From Octopus vulgaris (taxonomy: Eukaryota), in assembly GCA_951406725.2 (NCBI GenBank), contig OX597817.1, forward strand, positions 132,122,001-132,186,000: a stretch of 64,000 nt of DNA, in the 5' to 3' direction. The notes under the pieces were generated by a model. That model had not been told where the DNA came from and did no database searches. It saw only the letters and a list, made by a program, of their open reading frames with translations. A program made the position numbers and the translations under genes. Positions 55,523-64,000 of the stretch are shown here, piece after piece. Within the stretch, counting starts at the first letter, position 1. The number at the start of each line of letters is the position of its first letter.

Positions 55523-55603
55523 TTTACCTGAGGATGGTGGATTTATGCTATGTTGTAAGCTATGAATGCATGAATAAAATGCTACTGAAACAGCTGTAGT
55601 AAA
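55523..55603 (+). ncRNA. Type I hammerhead ribozyme (PLE-type)
   Basis: Stem I tttac/gtaaa; CTGAGGA; stem II ggtgg/ctact; GAAAC; palindromic stem III ACAGCTGT; GTA cleavage triplet. Confidence 0.72.
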
Positions 55604-56299
55604 TTTTAAATCCTATTTGTGTTCTTATAAAAGATATAAATATAAACGCAGGGAGATAATTCAAATCCCAGCGGTAAATATCTGCATAAATCTCATTGGC
55701 TTAAAATGTTAGATCGAAGTATCAACAGAGACGAATGTCACTTCCTCATAATGATAAGTCTATGGAGGTGTAGAAGCTTTCTAGGTGAAATTGAGAACAG
55801 TAAGTTCCTTAATTCTATCTCTAAACAATTTGAAATGGACTCGTATGAAAATACGAAAAAAAGACACTTTAATAAAAAAGATGAACTAAACATAATGTTT
55901 TCAATAAGGACTGTGTAAACAAAAATCATGTTTCCAAATATAAAAATATTTTATTTCGCATTTATATTTGGTTTGCCAGATTTTTTACGTGAACTTGTGC
56001 GTTCCAACACATTTTATTATATCTCGTGAAGATCATTAGCTAAAAGAAAAAGCCCAGTTCTTTTTTCTTCTTAAAGAAGTGAGAAATATCCAGTGCGTGA
56101 GTTTATTCTTGGCATAATGACCCTCCCAAGATACCACGAAACAGCTATACTTCACAATAACACTTTTAAAAAGCGTAAAACGGTACGGCAGAATTCTGGA
56201 TAAAATTCCTCGTATGCCATATGTTCAGGATATGATAAGTGTGCAGACAGAAATTTACTGTTAAAAAATATTTAGATAAATTTGTAAATAAGAAAGTCT

Positions 56300-56935
56300 T
56301 ATAAACTCAATTATTCTTAGTTTTTCACAATATGCAGGTGTATCTTACATTGCGAATTCCATATAATTATATAAATGAAATAGGCACCATCTGCAAAAGA
56401 AAATTCCCTGAATATATACAGCAAGATTAATATTTCAACCTGTTGAAATATATCCACAACCCACACGAAATCATACAGACTAGCAATCCCCAGTAATTAT
56501 GTTTACATACAACTGAAATATGATAAAATGAAACAAGGAAATATTCAAACAAACCCCTGCTAATCACCGTGGTAAAAACACAAACATGGACGATGCGCTT
56601 CAGGACTTATTCCATCCGAAATAGATGTAAGAAAAATAGACACCCATTCCAATATAACCGATGCTCAGTGGGAAAGTTAAACAAGTTTTGTGTGTTTTAA
56701 AATATAAATATTACAATATGTAAGAGTAGGTCCTAATTATAAGGAGTCAGAAATGTAATTCCGACCGATTAAAATGTAAACTGAATAGAATAAGAACAGC
56801 GATGTAGGCACAAAACGAGCCCCTAATGTTTCCAGTATTGAAGGGGCATTTCTATTCCTGTATCTATGCAGGAGACAGTAAATGTATAGAAACAGATCAT
56901 CTCCAACTCATGATATTTCATTACGGATAGACAGG

Positions 56936-57032
<97 letters not shown>

Positions 57033-57250
57033 CTACATAGCATAACCTTATCGAACAATCCATACACAGTATGTGTTTCTCCGAAGAATTTTTAGAGATC
57101 TTAGAAGAAACCAATAAAGTAGACTATATCTTTATCTTTGAGCCTGAGACTTTGTTTACCAAAGCGCTGGTGTCAGATAGAACAGAACTATACTTTTTAA
57201 GAAATGTATACAAACATCCCAACACACAAACCGCCCACGATATCATATGA
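56300..57250 (+). mobile_element. Highly degraded PLE RT relic split by (GATA)n
   Basis: Faint motifs: DVRK.DT.IP-like, GTKRAPNVSSI, VYKHPNT. Confidence 0.4.
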
Positions 57251-58650
57251 CATAATTAATCTCCATGTATGCAAGCGTTCTTCACCCAAGCAGTTTTTAC
57301 ACTGGAAATTTTATGAACACCGATAATTTTATAAGCATCCGCAAAATATATATTTATATATGTTTTATATGCATATATACAATACATCTAATATTTGTTT
57401 TTACACATGCAAACATGCATAGAGGCTTTTGCGTTTTAGTCTAAGGTTACCGTTGGTGTATATATTTCAGTTCGAGATTTCAATATATTTGTATCTGAGA
57501 TTCATTTGGTACGTATAACAGATGAAATGGCTGCGTATTTTACAGAAATCAAAGATTCTTCCCCGCCACAACTAAAAAATGTTATCTTCCATTAACAGAA
57601 CTACCATAATTCATACCATGATTGTTTCAAAGATGGAATGTTCTAGATAATTTAACTGGCATTAAACTATGAAATCTCTTGTTAACAGGTCAGTAAGAAT
57701 ATCAGACAGTCTGGCTTCTAGTGTCTGGCCTTTTTACTATTTTTTCCGTGTGGAATGAATAGAAATAAAACTGCATGCATACGTAGTCCGGCTTCTTCTT
57801 AATATTCATAAAATCGATGCATAATGTTAAACACTCGAATTAAGTATTTGGAGAAGGAATTTTCAGCTCGCGAAGAATTAGAATGTGAAGAAATATTTGT
57901 TAATCTTTTGACATAACTCTCTTATGAACGGAGATAGAGAAATGTGTATGTTTTTTGTGAAAAGCCATGAGAGGGGAAGTCGGCGGCAGAAGAAGGTGGA
58001 GAGATGCGTCGCGCAATAAAAATTGCTTTGTTTCTAAGAAACGTTAATAATATTTCCCAAAATTTGTGTCCATGAATATATTGACGAGTATTGTAAGATA
58101 GAACAGATTTTAGAGTTATGTTCTTTGCAATATAATCTAATTTTGGTTGTATTGCATGGTGTTGTTTTCGAATCAACCTTTGTTAATAAAAGGCTTAAAG
58201 AGAATGTTAACATAATTAAACAATACAATATCTTTTAATTATCAGAGGAAAAAAAGAGGAAATATTTTCTTCCTTATTATCATCAAGAAACAATGTTCTT
58301 GTTTTCAGTTAGTAACGCTTTCAAGCAATAATGTCGAAATTTTCAGCTAATAATATCAACTATTCACATCTCTTAAAACAAAATTTCCAAAACTCATCAT
58401 TTTGAATAAAGCTCCTTGCTTTAAAATATGTTAAATTCAATCGTTTCCGTTAATTTTGCCCGGTGCTTCCTATTTTTGCATACATTATATTATTGTAAGC
58501 GAAGCTACTGTAAAGGAGAAGATTCATCTTCAGCTGGAACTCCAACATATTTTATCTCAGTCGCATTATTGAGGTTAAAATCTATTGTTTGGTTAACATC
58601 CAATCAGTCAACTTCTACATGGACATTCAACTTGCTAGAAAGCGATGTCA

Positions 58651-58738
<88 letters not shown>

Positions 58739-59139
58739 AAACACTCTTTGCCGTATTATATAAGGGCAGAACACATCAACTCACGTAGGAACACACACAT
58801 TTAGCTATCGAGATGATCATAGTTTGCTTGCCATTGGTGATTAGACGGGTTCTTCATCAGGATGAAGGTTATCTGGGGCTAAACAATCTCACTACTACCG
58901 AAGATTGAAATGTTCCATCGATTTGTTTCTCGTTGAACTGCTTTAGTAAACTTGTTTCAACTGCCATTTTTTTTTAAATACGGAAGATGCTTGAAGCAGC
59001 AGCCATTTTGAAAGCTGTATTTACACTTCAAATAGGGTGCGTAAATAGTCAATACACCGCTTATTTGCTTCTCCCTTTAGAAATAGCACATAAATGGTTT
59101 GTGTCCAAATTGTTTACCACTTCAAGTAGGATACGTGAA

Positions 59140-59348
59140 TAGTTAATATATCACTTCTTGCAGGATGTTTATTGATGTCCTTCAAATCTGATGGTCATCA
59201 GCGGATTTGGTGGAAATTAACACAACCTGTCCGAGCCATCTCAGTTAACGCTTGTATAATATGGATTCAGTTTTGCTGCTGTTGGTTTGATGTCACATTT
59301 CTATAGTCGTAATCTTATCTGACCAGGTAACAGAGGGTTTTATGTCGT

Positions 59349-59395
<47 letters not shown>

Positions 59396-59720
59396 ATGGT
59401 TCCAAGGATTCTTTAGAGACACTGACAGTTAAAGCCCCCCAGGGTCTTGCGGTGTCAACTACATGCATTTTATATCTCACACACATGTAGGAGTATGAAA
59501 GTACAATTTATCTAGCAAACGAGAAGCTTGGTATGAAGACGGCAGAGAGGGTTGTTTAGAAGGACCCGCTGTCTTAGCTTTCTGAAAAATGTACAGCGAC
59601 CTGTCTGAAGCAGTTTAGAATCTCTTCGTCCAGTTTGTAATCTTGGAAAATGTTACTGCATCAATTTCTCAATTAGAACGATATGTCTCTAGCTGTTGAG
59701 CTATATTTTCTCTAAGAATT
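59140..59720 (-). mobile_element. RTE-clade LINE fragment
   Basis: LDEEILNC...LHTKLLVC...QCL*RILGT...WSDKITTIE...LRWLGQV. Confidence 0.75.
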
Positions 59721-60389
59721 GCGGAAATAATTTCAAATTATATTTAGTTATATCTGAATCTATAAACTGTACTTATTTCCTATAAATTCAATAAATTCCA
59801 ATCAATTTTACTGCGATCCAAGAGATTGATCTTATGCTAGATTCTTCTTATCATTTTGTTATTCTGTTTTCTTTGCGTTTGAATAATATTGAGTTAAAAG
59901 TTGAAATGCTATCAACCTCTAATTCGGCCATAGTTTGGATACGATTCCATAGAGAGAAAAATTCACACAAAATATGTATATTTTAAACATTGATTATTTT
60001 GAGATATTCACTTTAAAACATAGCTTTTGAAAGCTGTCTTTTAAAGGAAGATTAAATTTTATTTCCTCGATCAATCAAAAACTGTAAACGTTTGACTCGT
60101 CGGATATCACTGAAACTCGTGTTTTACACAATTTTATGTCATGTGGTTTGGGAAATCTGGGCTGAAGTCCGTCTCTGCAAAATATCCCCTTTGGTAGGAT
60201 TTTTATTTCAGTTTTGCTGAGGAAGGAATATTTGGTCATTTAGTTTTCAGTAATACCGGGAGATGAATTTTCCCTAGTTCGTAGTGCTATTCTATTTAAA
60301 GTAAGACTATTGAATCGATTCGAAGATGTCTTGGCAACACACTCAAAATAAATCAGAGTTGCAGATTAAAAAAGAATTTTTCCAAACTT

Positions 60390-60624
60390 CACTCTAAACC
60401 AGCTTTTGCCTATGGACCCTTGTCATTCCTACTTTATTCTACTGGACCACCATAGCCGTTTTCTGTATATAAAAAAAAACCTACGTTATTATAAGGAATT
60501 GTTTGAAAGATTTGAAATATTCTATTTATTCGGAAGGTATATCCCAGTTTATTGCACATAAACTTTAACAACAACATTTTATATGAACCAGCAAGGGTCA
60601 TGTGAATCCGGTTGCGAAATACTG
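60390..60624. mobile_element. hAT-type MITE (third copy)
   Basis: Collinear with 45845-46076; right end ggttgcgaaatactg. Confidence 0.55.
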
Positions 60625-61707
60625 TTCTAAATGAATCTCAGATTTGATCTAGATAGGATTTAATATTCTATTCTGTTGCAATCTTATGTGTTTCTAAAGC
60701 CATAGGTCTTATGTCCTCTGATCCTATACTCTTAGACTCTTTATACACACGCATAGAAGGAAGCATGGTGATCAGATTTATCACCCTCTCCATTATTGCT
60801 GCTTCATAGTCGCAAATGTTTTCTGATGAACAAGCATTTTTTTCCTTCAGATGGGAAGGTCATGGGTAGGATACTTTGTAGCTAAACATCACAGAATATC
60901 GGAATTTTGAGGGCTCCTCGGGATAAACACAAGTAATACCTTCTACTAATCGAAACTGGAATATTCAATTCGTACAAGTACCTCCTAGTTGTGAATTCTA
61001 TGATGATGGTTTAATTAATAAATCTGGTGGACACCTTACTTGTAAGTAATTAGACAGCCGTAAAAATATCGCTACCATGTTATAAGAACGTCTATGTTAT
61101 TAACAATATGGTATAACAAATCTATTATGTCTAGTCTCTGTGGATATCATGGAAATTAATATTAAGTCGTTCATCATAGCTAGATTAATATCTTGTGTGT
61201 TTTATGGCGGAGAAAAGAATTTCGCTTATATCATAATTGATTTTAGTTCATATGGTTTTAACTGTTAATAAAAGTGCATGATAAAAGTCTGTCTGTATAT
61301 CGATTATTTTGTGACAAATCTTCTAGCCTGAGGGACAAAGTATATAGTAATTATTATATGAAGCTAAACGATTGTGGTATATAGTTTGATGTTTGGTGTA
61401 AACAGTGAATAGGAAATATTTCAAGATATCGAGTGAAAGAAGCCAATATAATGAGAAGCCTGATGTTTCAATCATTATTTTGTAACATTACACTGGGTTT
61501 CGTGGAAGTATGATCGTCAGGTTATACAACGAACACTTCTATTTTGGTGACGTAATATAACGGAACCTCGTTTGAAATCTAAAGTAAGAACAGCAGTAGG
61601 GATTCTTAACATTTCCTCATAGTAATAGCTAACAACATCAACAGAAGCAGTAACAACAACAACATTACTAACAACAACAAAAGCGAATAATAACAATTAT
61701 TATTTCA

Positions 61708-61912
61708 AATTTTTGCCACTAGGGCAGCTTGGGGAGGTGCGGATTAGTCTATTACATCGACCCCAGTGTTCGATTGGTATTTATTTTATCGACCCTGAAA
61801 GGGATGAAATGCAAAGTCGATCTCGGCGGAATTTGAAGTCTGAACGTAGTGAGAGACAAAATACCGCTAGACATTTCGTCCGGCGTCCTAACGATTTTGC
61901 CAGCTCACTGCC
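61708..61912 (-). mobile_element. SINE family B
   Basis: gggatgaaatgcaaagtcgatctcggcggaatttgaa. Confidence 0.8.
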
Positions 61913-61913
61913 C

Positions 61914-61979
<66 letters not shown>

Positions 61980-61989
61980 TAATAATAAA

Positions 61990-62825
61990 TTATTTTATTA
62001 GCCACAGGGACTGACATTCAGATAACATTAAATGAGAGGATATAAATATAAAAGGCAACACAAGGCGAAACAAAGGGTTTTCATCGTGTAAACAATAAAT
62101 ACATAAAAATTAAACAACGGAAACTCCAAATAGGGGAGGCGCTTTAAGGTCCTCGTGGAAACACCCACAAAAGCCCCGAGTACCTGATCAATAGGGCAAG
62201 GGTCCTTCTTTAATTTTTTACAGGTGTATGCTCAGAATTAGTCCTTTCTTCCGACATTCACCCAACGTTTCTGCAAACTTGCTAGAAAGCAACACTTCCC
62301 TCTCCACCCTCAGCTTCCCTTTCGAATAAAACTTGAAAAAGTTGATGAAGGCTTGGTCAAAGAGGAAAGTGTCTGACTTTAGCCCTTTCAGACGAGTCCA
62401 CTACACTACCTCTTTCGCTACAGCCATCAGACAAATAAAAACTGCCTGCCCCACAAAGGAGGGCAGCGGAGCGACCTTCACTATGGATGTAGCTGATAGT
62501 CGCGTCTGTCCTACTCAGCAATACTCGGACACTGGTCGAGGGCGTGTAAAACGGTTTCATCGTTCTGCGGACACCTCGGGCAGGTCTGGCTGACTGTACT
62601 ACCCTGCTTGTAAAGTTATCTCGAACAGGCAGTGCCCCTCGGTAGCATTGTCAGGCAAGGGATTTCTGGAAGTTATCCATAGGCCCAGGCCCTAAAGTTC
62701 TCCGAAAAAGACCGGTTAGTTGATCTTCATCGACGCCCAGAGTTTCCCCGAGCACGTCGTCGCACTTTCCCTCCACTAGCGCTCTGCAGAGCGCTAGAGT
62801 GGAACTACCACCGACCACATTCTCT
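61990..62825 (-). mobile_element. L1/Tx1-like LINE 3' end (zinc-knuckle region plus 3' UTR)
   Basis: QKSLA*QCYRGALPVRD...TCPRCPQNDETVLHALDQCP; ends tgtggctaataaaata. Confidence 0.82.
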
Positions 62826-64000
62826 AGAACAATATGTTGTGCAAAACCAAAATTATGGGACCCTAATCATAACGCCAACTTGAACTTCTAACTTGTCGAC
62901 TCTTGAGGTCTCTGGGTGAGACTTGAAGTCAACTTGCACAAACACAAACAAAAGCCAAACGTACAGTAACAATAATTGTTACCGAGAAATAAATAAAAAG
63001 GAAAGGTATGACTAAAGGTGCGAATGTGTGTTCTTTGTACAAGTATTTAATTGCAAGACAAACTTCTATTTAAAATCTTGCCCGGACGCTCCTTTAATTG
63101 CATTTATCTATGGTAAGAAGCAGTGTCTTATTCTTTTGTACAGCAGAATATGAAGAAAATATTTTAATAATAGATGCCTCGGGTCGTCGCTGCAATGAAC
63201 ACACTTGACAGCCATCTCTAAATCATATAAATAATATATTTTCACATGTTATATAGAATATCCTTGCAAGAAAATTACTTCCTTGTCTGCCGAAAGTGTT
63301 TGGGCAATATATATGCATACATATATACATACATTTATGTGTGTGTGTGTGTGCGTGTGCAAGAGCGCGCACGCGTGTGTATCTTTATATATTTATATAT
63401 ATACATCTTTATATCTTTATACACACACACGCGCACAACGAGGTTTCATTTATTTACCAAGTTACAAAGTCGTTATTTAGTAGCAACTGGCGAAGTTGCT
63501 ATGGAAATTATTAAGGTTTTGTAAAACCATTTAACATTCTCGGTCAAAACAAGAATATCTAATAACTCAAGAATTTCCAAAGCAAAGTAGAAGCATAAAA
63601 ATGTATTCAGAGATGAAGGGAAAGTATGTAACAGTCTGTTTCATCAGAAACGTCGATACGGTTCGATGGTCTTGAAAGGGCCGGTTGAAGGCATTGCCAA
63701 CTGGGGCAGTAGTCCGGGATTTATATGTTTAGGAGTGGGAGACACATCATGTTTGGAATCTTTCGTACACAACAAGGAGGAAGATATTAAAATAGATAAA
63801 AAAAAACACACAATTTTATTCTTTACGGAGATGTACTTGCATAGATCGTGTGCTGAAACAATAACAATTGCAGCGTAGAAGCCATCTAAAAACCACCACA
63901 AAAACCGTTAGATTCACTTCAACATTTAAATTTAATTTGTCAAAATGCAGCACAGAGTTTTGTCAGTGATTAGGTCGCGGTCTCAAAGCGACGAAAATAC

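Overview
Eukaryotic, AT-rich, repeat-saturated DNA with a 100-N scaffold gap (18477-18576). The tRNA-SINE families and the microsatellite load suggest a cephalopod (Octopus-like) genome; this is an inference. I found no intact protein-coding gene, and most listed ORFs are microsatellite translation artefacts. Identifiable content: several modular tRNA-derived SINE families; five R4/Dong-type RLE retrotransposon fragments abutting (TAA)n; a ~555-bp non-coding (TAA)n-embedded repeat (4 copies); Penelope-like element (PLE) relics; RTE, CR1-like and L1/Tx1-like LINE tails; mariner (DD34D) and maT (DD37D) transposons; pogo/Tigger- and hAT-type MITEs. The most notable pattern is that different microsatellite classes host different element classes. 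(TA)n tracts hold short, often fold-back modules with hammerhead-like cores, and one apparently intact type I hammerhead ribozyme lies at 55523-55603. All calls and boundaries were made by eye, without database searches; family labels A-G are my own.
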